IMG/VR virus record: IMGVR_UViG_3300037483_000076
Coordinates: 31,563-95,562 of that record
From: a virus
Reading direction: 5' to 3' (one strand)
Length of the DNA stretch: 64,000 bases
Shown here: positions 18,655 through 29,049 of the stretch, piece by piece
Position numbering within the stretch: position 1 is the stretch's first letter
Layout: the number at the start of each line of letters is the position of its first letter
Program-made: the position numbers and the translations under genes
Notes under the pieces: generated by a model
Databases searched by the model: none
What the model saw: the letters and a program-made list of their open reading frames with translations, nothing else
Told to the model about the DNA's origin: nothing

Positions 18655-21130
18655 TTCTCTATTTTGTTAATAATTTTATTACATTCATTGATATAATAGT
18701 TATAATTAATATCATATTCTGACATAGATAATTTCTTATATCTATTGAATACTGTGGATAAATATCCTTTTTCAACACTAGTTTCTCTACCATCTTCATT
18801 ACATTTAATAAATGTTTTTCCATTAGTAGATACATAATATCTAACGTTTTTTGATAATTTGTTAGCTATTTGATAAGTTTTTTTAAGTTCGTCAATAGAT
18901 TGATTTAGTGCTGTGGATAATCTAACTCCTTTTTCCATTTCTGGTTTAGTATAGAGATTACCAAGTTCGATCCAATCATATTCTTTTATAAACTCTATCT
19001 TCTCATCTTTATCATTAAAGATTGGGATAATAGGTTCTTGATCGTAATATCTTTCTTCTAACCACCATCCTTTAACGGTTTTAACTCGTTTACAGAAATG
19101 GTATATGTTACCATGATTTAGTATAGTTTCTTCAATAGGTATGTTATTTATGAAGTAATTTGTTAATGCTATACGAACTATGCGCATAGAGTTATTCTTA
19201 TGAATCTCTGACTCTATTTCAAAGTCACCTTTACGTTTAATCTCATTGTTATTATCTAAAGCAATGTAATCGTTTACAGATGTTTGAATTAAGAGTTTGT
19301 AATCTTTGTATTCAAGTTGACCTGATTCACTATTACCTACTTTCTTTTCCCATTCATGACATATATCATAATACTTATTATTGAGATGTTTATCAAATAG
19401 ACACACTATACCATCTGTATTAGCAGATACTACATGTATATTATTTAACTCCATATCTTCTATAAGCATTAGAATCTCAAATTGATTACCAATTGTACAA
19501 GAGAATTGTACTAATGGATCAAATTGCCATGAATTTATTTCATTGGTTTTACCAAAACCTCCCATACCACTATAGTTTTCACTACCGATCAAATACATTC
19601 GCGTTCACGTCTATGCCTAATTGTTTGTGGTCTGGACTATATCTTAATAAACTGAAAGCCAACTTTTACTGCCCTTTGTGGGGCAAGCGACAGGACTCGA
19701 ACCTGTTCTTAATAGTTTATTTTCCTGCATTTCTATTATTTCTAATAGGTCTCTCGACAGTCTCTACGGCTGAATCTAATAAATCCCATATTTGTAATAT
19801 CCGAATCATACGATCCGAATATAAAATTTATTAACCTATGCCTCGGTATTAGCTTGTTATATTTAAGTGTTTATAGAAAGTTGCGAACTTCATATAACTG
19901 GTACACATAATTTAGCTTTCACCGATATTCAGGAATTTAAAAACGGCAGCTACGTTTACCGTTTAAAGCTAATTTAAATACCTCTTGTATAGAGTTATAT
20001 TTAGCTTTCTTTGTTTTCTTATAAGTAGATTTAGCATCTAATCTACGAGATATATTATCTTTATATCCTTGTATCCATGCTTCACCTAAGTGTCTAGGAT
20101 AGAGATTACGTTTGACAATAGCATTTGGGTATTGACTACCTACATCTGCGTCACGAAGTATTTGTGACTCAGTGGGAATTAACTTCCTAGGCTTATCAAC
20201 AGAATGTAATCCTCCTCTAGCTATAGTATAACTAGTATCTTTAAATTCTAAATTAAAGATCTGTTTCTCTCCGTCTGTATCTTGTATTACAGGAGTATCT
20301 CTAATTAGATTATAAAAATCATTAAGTTCTTGTGTCTTAAAGTGTACGTAATTAGGAATACATTGTCCAAATGTAAAATTATCTATAAACTTAGGAAGTA
20401 CTTTAATTTGTTTCCAATCTAATCCTGAGTTCTTAGAGTAATTAAGCTTGTTTAGTTCATCACCAATCTTAACATCATTGTAGTTAATACAATTGATACC
20501 AAACTCAGCTTGTATATCCTTACGTAATTGTAATTTATCCTTACCTTTATATAGAGGATTTTCTGTATCTCCTATAGTAATCTTATAGAATTCATATGTA
20601 GCTAATACATCATTTAAGTTATAAGATAAGATATCAGTTACTTCTTCATCTGTAACATAATGACTAGGTTCAAATGGCATATCCTCGACATTTTCAAAGT
20701 CCATAGCTATTTCTACAGCCTTTAACGAGGTATGTTTAGCTTTATTATCAAAATGCCAGATCTTAAATAGATCTAATTGAGGAATAAGAGTTTTCCATTC
20801 AGGTATACTAGACCATTCTGTATTAATTACTTCATTAGATTTGTTATAAATTAGATTAGTTAAATAATCTGGATATTCTGATATAGAATGTCCAAATAGT
20901 TCTAAATCTTTATATGTTAACAAATAGTGTAATATAGGGTAGTCATAATTTATATTATTAAATCCTATTAATCCCAAAACTTCGGTTTGTAAAAATTTGA
21001 TATATTCTGAAAAGTCATTTCTGGATTTATGTATTACGAATTGTCTAATCTCCTGATTATCTATTGCTAAAAATGTAGCAGTATGAATATTCAACAGTAC
21101 CTCAATATCGTAGACCCAGACTCTCTTCAT
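18651..21130 (-). CDS. polB: Family B DNA polymerase; exons 21130-19958 and 19562-18651
   Basis: Exo I YDIE, Exo II FNNINYD, Exo III YNLND, motif A DVGSQYP, motif B reconstituted as KLALNG|GGFGK, motif C NTDG. The exons join in frame. Confidence 0.92.
19563..19957 (-). mobile_element. Group I intron (395 nt, no homing endonuclease ORF) in polB motif B
   Basis: P1 AACGGU/GCCGUU with U.G at the 5' splice site; P3 UUCCUG/CAGGAA; P AAUAUCGGUGAAA; Q GCUAAUACCGAGG; R GCCGUAGAGACUG; S AAGAUAUAGUCC; terminal G. Removal restores the reading frame. Confidence 0.92.
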
Positions 21131-21134
21131 ATTG

Positions 21135-21578
21135 TTATCCTTTCTTTATAACGTTTTGGAAAGCTTGTTTCATATTTTCAGATAGTCTATTAGGTATTTG
21201 TTCTAATATTCTATTTATATGACTAACATCCATATCCTTTACTAATCTAGTGATTGGTTCATCTAGTATGACATTGTCTTTATCGTACAGAGAAGTCCAA
21301 TATAGACATTCTTCTGGAGCAATTCCTTGATCAATAAGTATATCTGATTCTTCATCAATCCATGCTTTCATATTATCAGGAATTAGAGTTAGATTAATCA
21401 GAGCTTGACCAATACGTTGATCTGAATTATCTACCCAGTAGTCTAAGAAGTTAGTGTACAACTCTGTATTATACTCCTGTGACTTTTCTAGGAAATGTAA
21501 ATCCATACTCCATCTTTCTCCTAATTGCTTCCAACTAACTTTTCGTAAAAAGTTGTCAATTCTTTCAATAGGTCTCAT
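21135..21578 (-). CDS. Hypothetical protein
   Basis: 147 aa, coupled to neighbours. Confidence 0.7.
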   Translation of the reverse strand: MRPIERIDNFLRKVSWKQLGERWSMDLHFLEKSQEYNTELYTNFLDYWVDNSDQRIGQALINLTLIPDNMKAWIDEESDILIDQGIAPEECLYWTSLYDKDNVILDEPITRLVKDMDVSHINRILEQIPNRLSENMKQAFQNVIKKG

Positions 21579-22108
21579 TTCATTATTTCTTTTAATTGAT
21601 CTAGACTGATAGGAGTATAATTATTTACTTCTACAGAACAGTCAAATCGTTTAGTTCCTATGTTTTTATCCTGCATACTACCGTGAGTATGTCCATGTAG
21701 ATGCCAAGCACCTTTTTCTTTGTGTCTCCAACTTATCATTGGGTAATGACATAATACAATCTCTTGTACATAACCTTTATCGTCTATAAAATCAACTTGT
21801 TTTATATCTGATATAGATTCCCAACAATTAACAAATGTACTAGCAATCTTATAGTCATGATTACCTTTTATCAAATGTTTATGTCCATTTAATTGCCAGA
21901 ATATGCTTTCAGCAAATAACTTAGAACACTTGTAAGCAAAATCACCTATAAAGTATGTAGTATCTTCTTCTTTAACAACTGAATTCCAATTGTTAATCAT
22001 TTGTCGGTTCATCTGATGTACAGACTGGAATTCTGGTCTAACTGAACCATTATCCCATTTAAGAGCTCCTTGGTGACCCCAGTGGGTATCAGATATAAAG
22101 TACTCCAT
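21575..22108 (-). CDS. Calcineurin-like metallophosphoesterase (likely start MEYFISDTH at 22108)
   Basis: SDTH, IGDF, GNHD, CHYP, HGHTH. Confidence 0.9.
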   Translation of the reverse strand: MEYFISDTHWGHQGALKWDNGSVRPEFQSVHQMNRQMINNWNSVVKEEDTTYFIGDFAYKCSKLFAESIFWQLNGHKHLIKGNHDYKIASTFVNCWESISDIKQVDFIDDKGYVQEIVLCHYPMISWRHKEKGAWHLHGHTHGSMQDKNIGTKRFDCSVEVNNYTPISLDQLKEIMK

Positions 22109-22109
22109 A

Positions 22110-22217
22110 TTATTTGTTATTAAAATTACAATGAGGACATATATATCCCCAATCTCTTTTATCAAATGATATACCACAATTACTGCAAGTACACCATAGT
22201 TCGTGATTATGTAACAT
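22110..22217 (-). CDS. 35-aa Zn-ribbon mini-protein (not in ORF track)
   Basis: MLHNHELWCTCSNCGISFDKRDWGYICPHCNFNNK: two CxxC motifs; stop codon abuts the next ATG. Confidence 0.65.
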   Translation of the reverse strand: MLHNHELWCTCSNCGISFDKRDWGYICPHCNFNNK

Positions 22218-22317
22218 ATTAATTGAAATTTCGAAATTTTATGATTTGTATTAGTACCACTTGTTGAATCGAACATACATTCTTATTATTTCGGATTAAC
22301 CGTTAGTGGTATAATAA

Positions 22318-22455
22318 AAGATTATCTATTCTCAAGGTTTCTGAATAATTCACTACTACAAACCTTTTTTTGCTTTTGATGGGATGAATGGCCCTAGAAT
22401 TATTTACAGTTCTCCTTAGTATTTCTACTTTAGTGTGTTTTGAATAGATAATCTT
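22318..22455 (-). ncRNA. Intergenic structured RNA candidate with a 14-bp closing stem
   Basis: aagattatctattc/gaatagataatctt; U-run on minus. Confidence 0.5.
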
Positions 22456-22461
22456 AAATTG

Positions 22462-23145
22462 TTAATAAGTAATATCGTCAAATATTACAGGAACTTTACT
22501 CTTTATTTCTTCTAATAAAGGGATAGTTAATTCTCTCATTTGTGGATGTGCTGCTTTTGCACAACGTAATCTAAAGAAATGTCTCCATTCTCTAAGATTC
22601 ATTTTAACATTTATCTCTGTTTTAAGAGAATTAGGAAGTACAGAACGAGCTTGTTGTGGTTGCCATCCTTGTTCTATTAGATATAAATAACTTGCTTCAG
22701 ATTGAAGTAAATTAAATCCATATCTTCCAATAGGAGTATTATCTTGATTTTTCATATTATTGAATTTCAAGAAATCATCTACATTATTAAATTCACCCTC
22801 TTGTATATCTAACCAAGATGGTATTATAAATGTCAAATGTCCACCAAATTGTCCTTTAGAATAATTTACATATCTAGTACTTTCTTGAGCAAATGATGCA
22901 ATACGATGACGTACTAATTCATGTGATACTCCTCTATCACAAACAAATTTAACTGTAATATCAAAGAATTCAATCATTGCTTCATGACCTCTTTCTATTA
23001 AAGCTTTAACTAATTTAGGAGCAGATTCGTTTGTTATTTTGTCTTCTGATTTATAACAAGTTCTAGCTACTTTTTCAAGTGTTTTTAGCACTTCTTCTCC
23101 ATTGATAGGAGTTAGAATTTCTGTTGATGGTTTGATTAATTTCAT
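22462..23145 (-). CDS. thyX: Flavin-dependent thymidylate synthase
   Basis: GHEAMIE, HELVRHRIASFAQESTRY (RHRx7S), ARSVLP, NLREWRHF..LR, HPQMR. Confidence 0.95.
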   Translation of the reverse strand: MKLIKPSTEILTPINGEEVLKTLEKVARTCYKSEDKITNESAPKLVKALIERGHEAMIEFFDITVKFVCDRGVSHELVRHRIASFAQESTRYVNYSKGQFGGHLTFIIPSWLDIQEGEFNNVDDFLKFNNMKNQDNTPIGRYGFNLLQSEASYLYLIEQGWQPQQARSVLPNSLKTEINVKMNLREWRHFFRLRCAKAAHPQMRELTIPLLEEIKSKVPVIFDDITY

Positions 23146-23146
23146 A

Positions 23147-23584
23147 TTATTTGATTATTTCTTGAGCATGTTCCCCATCATCAATACTTTGAAAATGATA
23201 ACTTTTATTTTCAGCTTCTAACCATTCAAGCCTAATTCCATTGAATAGATCAACTAAATACTCCATATTATTGGTTTCTTTATATAAAGTTAGTCTTCGT
23301 TGAAGAAACTCTTTATAATCATATTTACCAATATTTTCCCTAGTTTTACTACCATATCTAAAGGTTCCTTGCATCATTCGATGATCGGCTAGTTTATTTA
23401 CAATTTCTGTAGTTTTTTGTAGAAAATCTGGAATAGATAAGTTAATTAAATCTTCTATTGATTTTATACTACCTGAATCTATTTTATCACGTTTATCATA
23501 ATCAATCTCAGATAAACCACATTTCCACTTCCAAGCATTGTCCATGAAAAATTCGTTAATTCTTATTTTCTTATCCATGTACAA
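23147..23584 (-). CDS. Hypothetical phage protein
   Basis: 145 aa, R...G.FRYG and N.EYLVD pattern. Confidence 0.7.
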   Translation of the reverse strand: MYMDKKIRINEFFMDNAWKWKCGLSEIDYDKRDKIDSGSIKSIEDLINLSIPDFLQKTTEIVNKLADHRMMQGTFRYGSKTRENIGKYDYKEFLQRRLTLYKETNNMEYLVDLFNGIRLEWLEAENKSYHFQSIDDGEHAQEIIK

Positions 23585-25775
23585 TTTTTATAGTATTTTT
23601 AACTTTTAAATATTTTTTTGTCTTAACTTCTGGAATAGGAGTTACCCATTTCTTTGTTTTCTTAAACGGGCTTCTCAAAGGATTATACCTTCTAATCCAT
23701 TTAGTAAATTCCCAGATATTCTCACTAATTATAGTGGAACTAGTTTTGTCAAATCTCTTCTTTATAAGAGGAGACGGTTGTTCTACACCTTTCTTAATAA
23801 CTCTAGGTATTACCACTGTTTTGGCCTCTAGGAAGCCTCTAGTTGAACTATCTTTCTTTTCTGGTATAAGTACCTTATCTGATAGTATCTCTTCACTACG
23901 GTGCTTAAATAGGGCAAAATCAAGGACTTCTGTTACAGATGCTTGTAATTTCTTATAAGATCTATTAATAGCCTTTTCCATATTTGGAGCAATAACTGTA
24001 GATATAAATTCAGCAGTACCTGTTTTATCAGGAATATGTTTGTCTATAGTTACAATGTAGTTATGAAGATCTTTCTTTGATAATTTGTTAGAATTACCAT
24101 TGTGTTTTTTAATACGTAAAGGTTTCTTCTGACTAGTAGCTCTTACCTTTTTAGTGATTACTAAATCCGATGTAATTGGAACAAATATCATTTCATATGT
24201 AGGTGGAGTACCTTTTATTGGATCAGCTTTAACAATTATAACATTGTTAAATTTACCTAAACACTTTTCACCATATACAGGATCAAAATCTTGAGTGACT
24301 TCATTCCATTCCCAATCAATAATAGGACTACCTTTAATTAGATCTTTTCTATCTTTAAAAGGAATTACTTCTATAATGGTCTTTATATCATTGTGATTAG
24401 AAGATATTTTTCTAGGAGATTTCTCTCTAGGAATGTATATACCGTTGTCTCCTAATGCAGGAGTAAATGATTTACCTAGTTTTACTTTCTTTAATTTCTT
24501 TACCTCAACTTTACTAAAAAACTTATATTTAAATGGAGACTTCTTAACTAACTTATCAGCTAATCTCCAATACACTCTCTTAATCTTACTACCATCCATT
24601 GTTCCTACATAAACTAGTCTATTTTCAGATAATTCATGTTTAGTAACTTTACTAGGACTCCACTTATACGAAATTTTAGGAGGAAAGGATGCCGCTTTTA
24701 ATTCTTCCTCTGATTTTGTTATTAATTGAACTTTTAATGTACCAATTTTTTGCTTCTGTTTTCTTTGAGTAACAGGATACATTCTATCTTTTTCACCTTG
24801 AATAAATAATTCATTGCCCAATGAATCTTTAACTGGGACTATTGACTTTTTTTTAGTCATAATTTCTTTATGTTGCGATTTGTATAATTCCGAATCTACT
24901 AACTTATCTGGAATGTCTTTTTTAATTGTTCCAGAATTTACTAATTCCATCCATACTTGTTTACGAAGTACTTCATCTGTCATTAGTACATCTTCTTTTT
25001 TATAGTCTGTGAAGATATAGACTTGATCTTTTGAATTTACGTGATCAAATGGAGTAGCATACTTCGAGTTATTCTCTATTTCAAATTCACATCCACCACC
25101 AGTGATTCTATATAGTGCTCCATTTATCTCTAATATTTTTCCCATTCGTCTAATATGATGATTAGATTCATCTGGATATATATCTTGATCTAAAGTCATA
25201 TTAGTTAATAACTCTTCAGCTTGATCAGTACTATATATACCACTAGATCTATAGATATTGTCTTTATTATAACCAGGAACTATAATTTGTCTAATAGGAT
25301 GAGATGAATGAACCCCCATTCCAATCCATTTATTTGAATCACTTTTTATTCCTTCTACATAGAAGTAATAGAGTTTCATCTTTGATATTTTTTGATTGAT
25401 TGTTTCATAACTATAATCTTTATAACCTCTCCCATATCTATTTTTGGATAGTTTATATGACCAATAACTCCATTTTACAGTAATAGGAAATCGAAATGAA
25501 CAATTATTACGTAATTCTGCTGTTTTTGTTGGAATATTTATATATACAATAGTGTCATCACGAACTACTCTAGTATATCCAATCTCAGTCATTTGTTTAA
25601 TTCGATCTATTGTTAAATCTTCAAATCCTTTTGTCTTAGTCCAAAATATAGTTTTAACTATTCCTTCAGTTTTTACTAAGGATATATATTCGAACTCAAA
25701 GTTATCTGTAAATTCATCAATAGTTGGAAGTCGATAATCATCGAATTTATTCCAATTTACTATTTTTTCTTGCAT
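23571..25775 (-). CDS. Large Lys-rich hypothetical protein
   Basis: 734 aa uninterrupted ORF with no recognised motif. Confidence 0.75.
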   Translation of the reverse strand: MQEKIVNWNKFDDYRLPTIDEFTDNFEFEYISLVKTEGIVKTIFWTKTKGFEDLTIDRIKQMTEIGYTRVVRDDTIVYINIPTKTAELRNNCSFRFPITVKWSYWSYKLSKNRYGRGYKDYSYETINQKISKMKLYYFYVEGIKSDSNKWIGMGVHSSHPIRQIIVPGYNKDNIYRSSGIYSTDQAEELLTNMTLDQDIYPDESNHHIRRMGKILEINGALYRITGGGCEFEIENNSKYATPFDHVNSKDQVYIFTDYKKEDVLMTDEVLRKQVWMELVNSGTIKKDIPDKLVDSELYKSQHKEIMTKKKSIVPVKDSLGNELFIQGEKDRMYPVTQRKQKQKIGTLKVQLITKSEEELKAASFPPKISYKWSPSKVTKHELSENRLVYVGTMDGSKIKRVYWRLADKLVKKSPFKYKFFSKVEVKKLKKVKLGKSFTPALGDNGIYIPREKSPRKISSNHNDIKTIIEVIPFKDRKDLIKGSPIIDWEWNEVTQDFDPVYGEKCLGKFNNVIIVKADPIKGTPPTYEMIFVPITSDLVITKKVRATSQKKPLRIKKHNGNSNKLSKKDLHNYIVTIDKHIPDKTGTAEFISTVIAPNMEKAINRSYKKLQASVTEVLDFALFKHRSEEILSDKVLIPEKKDSSTRGFLEAKTVVIPRVIKKGVEQPSPLIKKRFDKTSSTIISENIWEFTKWIRRYNPLRSPFKKTKKWVTPIPEVKTKKYLKVKNTIKIVHG

Positions 25776-25966
25776 AGCTTTTTAAATTGCTTTCTGCCCA
25801 TCCCTGGAGTACTGATAATTGTACCGGAAACTGTAAATTTCATAAATACTTTTTCAGGTCTGTTAGTATCATATAATTTTATAGCATCATCTCTAATAAT
25901 ACTATATTTATCCATAAGATATTTAGTTTTTTTACGGAGATTATGTTTCTTTCTATTTTTTGACAT
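25760..25966 (-). CDS. Small basic hypothetical protein
   Basis: 68 aa, overlaps both neighbours. Confidence 0.55.
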   Translation of the reverse strand: MSKNRKKHNLRKKTKYLMDKYSIIRDDAIKLYDTNRPEKVFMKFTVSGTIISTPGMGRKQFKKLCKKK

Positions 25967-26516
25967 TTTTTATATTTTTTAAATACCATTCATATCCAAA
26001 GAATCTACCTTGTTTAAAATTGTGATTTACAATAGCTCCTACCTTAAGTCTAGCTTTTCTTCTTTGTTTACAATTTAATTTCTTTTCCATTGTTGATTTT
26101 CTATGTATAAAACAATTTGAATTTTCTGGTTGACAAATATTTGGACTTAGTTTAACTAATTTATCAAATTTAATACAAGCTGACCCCTCTCTGTTTAAGT
26201 ATTTACAGTCATTACAATTTGTATCTATTAATTGACACTCATATGATTCAAATTGTTTAGATTTTTGTAATAGATCTTTATGGATAGGTTTCCATATAAA
26301 TGGAGTCCAATAACTTATTCTTACTGCTATTGTATCTATACTTAATAATACTCCAGATTCACAACAATATTTAGATGGAATCCAATATTTATGAAAAAGA
26401 TTATTAAAGAATTGTTGTCTATCTGGTTTTTCTTTTATCCACTTTTCATAGAATTCACTTAAATTATCTGAAAAACATGCTTGGATAAAGTAATCTTTTT
26501 CGGATAACTGTTTCAT
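25953..26516 (-). CDS. Cys-rich hypothetical protein
   Basis: CCESG, CNDC..L..C...C..C pattern. Confidence 0.65.
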   Translation of the reverse strand: MKQLSEKDYFIQACFSDNLSEFYEKWIKEKPDRQQFFNNLFHKYWIPSKYCCESGVLLSIDTIAVRISYWTPFIWKPIHKDLLQKSKQFESYECQLIDTNCNDCKYLNREGSACIKFDKLVKLSPNICQPENSNCFIHRKSTMEKKLNCKQRRKARLKVGAIVNHNFKQGRFFGYEWYLKNIKNVKK

Positions 26517-26517
26517 A

Positions 26518-27270
26518 TTACCAATTTATTATTGATTTGTTCTGACTCTCTAATATTTGATTAGTCTTATAGAAATGTTTACATCCAAAGAATCCTGTAT
26601 AAGCACTAAATGGACTTGGATGCGCTGCTTCCAATATATAGTGTTTAGATTGATCTATTAATCTCTTACATTTTTGAGCATGTTTACCCCATAGTATAAA
26701 TACTATTCCTGATTCACTAAATTGTGATATTCTTTGTATAGTTACATCAGTTAATATATTCCATCCTATATCTAAATGAGAATTAGGTTGTCCTTCTCTT
26801 ACAGTAAGACTAGTGTTAAGTAGTAATACTCCTTGTTCTGCCCATCTAGTTAAATCACCATGTTCTGGGATAGATTTACCTAAATCACTATCTAATTCTT
26901 TAAATATGTTTTGTAATGATGGAGGTATTTTACAACCTTCCTGTACACTAAATGCTAATCCATGAGCTTGATTTGGACCATGATAAGGATTTTGTCCTAT
27001 TATAACAACTTTTACTTTTTCAAATGAAGTTGTATTATAAGCGTTAAATATATCTGTAAAATAAGGATATATCTGTTTACCAGGAGTAGTTCTAGTATCG
27101 TATTTAAGATTATGAGGTAATAAGTTAGATAGTTTAACATCTATTGATGGTTGCCAACCTAATTCTTCTTTTAATGCTTTCATTGTAGCACTAAAATAAG
27201 GAGACTCGAAGTAATCCTTTAATAAAGAGTACCACGAGTCTTCTATTTGTAATATATCAACTTGTTTCAT
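26518..27270 (-). CDS. ung: Family-1 uracil-DNA glycosylase with catalytic motif variant GQNPYH
   Basis: VKVVIIGQNPYHG, QAHGLAFS, PPSL.NI, GVLLLN, LWG, HPSPFS. Confidence 0.93.
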   Translation of the reverse strand: MKQVDILQIEDSWYSLLKDYFESPYFSATMKALKEELGWQPSIDVKLSNLLPHNLKYDTRTTPGKQIYPYFTDIFNAYNTTSFEKVKVVIIGQNPYHGPNQAHGLAFSVQEGCKIPPSLQNIFKELDSDLGKSIPEHGDLTRWAEQGVLLLNTSLTVREGQPNSHLDIGWNILTDVTIQRISQFSESGIVFILWGKHAQKCKRLIDQSKHYILEAAHPSPFSAYTGFFGCKHFYKTNQILESQNKSIINW

Positions 27271-27497
27271 GAGTTAGATATAATTAATTCAAGTTCTTTT
27301 TTTCTACTCCAATAATAATCAGAATTTAGATAATCTTTAGCTAATTCTAATTCTTGTAGTTGTATAGGAGCTTCACATCTTGGGCAAATAGCTATATCAG
27401 TTGATTCTAGCTTTGTCCAATCTTCACTTGTCATGTTTCTTGTACTTCTTATGAGTGAATTACAAAGATCACATAGTATTCCTGATAATTTTTTCAT
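27267..27497 (-). CDS. Zn-finger hypothetical protein
   Basis: CDLC...CPRC. Confidence 0.65.
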   Translation of the reverse strand: MKKLSGILCDLCNSLIRSTRNMTSEDWTKLESTDIAICPRCEAPIQLQELELAKDYLNSDYYWSRKKELELIISNS

Positions 27498-27498
27498 A

Positions 27499-27717
27499 TC
27501 AATATGATTTTGTTCCTTTAACTATTAGTTTAGTTAGAAAGTTTTCTTTTAATTGATTATTAATTACTTTAATACATTTTTTACAAATATGGATGTCAGC
27601 GGTTGTATTAGTAACAATAGTTAATTGTTCCAAGCACATTGAATATCCTGAATAAATATCCTTATCAAGTACATTGTTCATACAAAGATTACATTGATAC
27701 ATATAATTCTTACTCAT
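27499..27717 (-). CDS. Zn-finger hypothetical protein
   Basis: CNLC...HICKKC. Confidence 0.65.
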   Translation of the reverse strand: MSKNYMYQCNLCMNNVLDKDIYSGYSMCLEQLTIVTNTTADIHICKKCIKVINNQLKENFLTKLIVKGTKSY

Positions 27718-27818
27718 AATTATGTAAAGTTTAAGTCATTATCATCTCCAGTATTACCTGATAGTAGGTAGTAAAATAGTGCTATCACTAATACTGACAC
27801 TATAAATAATTCTGTCAT

Positions 27819-28823
27819 TTAAAAGTCCTCCAATATAATTGGTGTATTTGTAGTGTAGCCACGTTTCTTATCAAGAAGTTGAAATTGCATCATAGGAACT
27901 TCTGGAGTAAATCCAAATGCTCTACTCATTTCGTTATATCCTATTACAGCTCCGTTGATACGAACTTTAGGACTAACAATGTATCTATGCCAATGACCTA
28001 TCCAAGCCATATCGAAAGGCATTACAGCGTTTTCACGATAAGACCATTTATTTAAGCCTACTTCTATTCCACCTATTCCACCTTGGTAATTAAAGTGATT
28101 TCCATGAGAGAATTTGTTTATTTTACCATAAATATTATAGTAGATATATGGAGATTCAGATATGATAAATTCTATGTTTGTGAATCCAGCATTCTTGAAA
28201 TAGTCTGATAAATGTTGATATATAATTGCTTCAAATGAAGTATCGAATGTATTCTTAAAGTGATTCTTTTTAGTAGTTCTACTATGATTACCTATGGAAC
28301 AAGGTATTACTATCTTTACTAGATCTCCCATTTCAGCAATAGTCTTAATACCCCTAGTTAATAACTGTTCTACTAAAAGAGTGGCTCTTACGGGAGTCAT
28401 TGAATTTGTTTCAATTAATTCGTCATGTATCCATCCAGAGATGAAGTCACCTACTAAATGAAGAACCAGATTGTCGATTCTAATTCCTGCTCTACGTTGA
28501 AGTCTTATCATATAGATAAGTCTAGTGAAATATCTTTCTAACCGTAATTCAGCAATTTCTGGATTATAGGAATTAAGTTTATTAGTAATATTAGGATTAA
28601 CTATCTCATCAATATGAACATCTCCTAATTGTGTAATTACTGTACACTCTTCTTTATAGGATCTATTAGCTTTGATTACATAGGAATCTAAATTAGTTAA
28701 ATTCTCTATTTTAATAGATTCTATTACAGATCTAGCAGCTTTAAGTTCATCTACCTCTTTCTGTAATATTCCTATTTGTTTTGTCTGTCTTTTATCTACT
28801 AATAGTTTTTTTGATTTTGCCAT
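27819..28823 (-). CDS. Metallophosphoesterase-fold protein (nuclease-like)
   Basis: GDVH, VGDFISG, GNHSR, SHG, GHWH. Confidence 0.85.
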   Translation of the reverse strand: MAKSKKLLVDKRQTKQIGILQKEVDELKAARSVIESIKIENLTNLDSYVIKANRSYKEECTVITQLGDVHIDEIVNPNITNKLNSYNPEIAELRLERYFTRLIYMIRLQRRAGIRIDNLVLHLVGDFISGWIHDELIETNSMTPVRATLLVEQLLTRGIKTIAEMGDLVKIVIPCSIGNHSRTTKKNHFKNTFDTSFEAIIYQHLSDYFKNAGFTNIEFIISESPYIYYNIYGKINKFSHGNHFNYQGGIGGIEVGLNKWSYRENAVMPFDMAWIGHWHRYIVSPKVRINGAVIGYNEMSRAFGFTPEVPMMQFQLLDKKRGYTTNTPIILEDF

Positions 28824-28839
28824 TTCTGATAGATTTTAA

Positions 28840-29049
28840 TTAAATACTCATTGTTGATTTAAGGATATTGTATATATTCTTAGATTGTTTTGTAATTGAT
28901 TTTTTATCAACAACTTTTATAGTGTAAAATCCTCCTGCTCTTACTCCAAGATAGTCAATTTTTAAATCTTTTGTTGTAGCATTATCTGAAGCTAGTTTAA
29001 GAGTCTGTTTGATTATAGATTGTAACTTTCTTTTTGATAAATTTGTCAT
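28840..29049 (-). CDS. Hypothetical protein
   Basis: 69 aa coupled ORF. Confidence 0.55.
   Translation of the reverse strand: MTNLSKRKLQSIIKQTLKLASDNATTKDLKIDYLGVRAGGFYTIKVVDKKSITKQSKNIYNILKSTMSI

Noticed and set aside
19493-19834. 113-aa plus-strand ORF over the intron as a possible homing endonuclease
   Set aside because: It is antisense to the intron and has no HNH, GIY-YIG or LAGLIDADG motif.
22109-22276. N-terminal extension of the phosphoesterase in the ORF track
   Set aside because: The domain begins at MEYFISDTH, and the region is better explained by a Zn-ribbon ORF in another frame.
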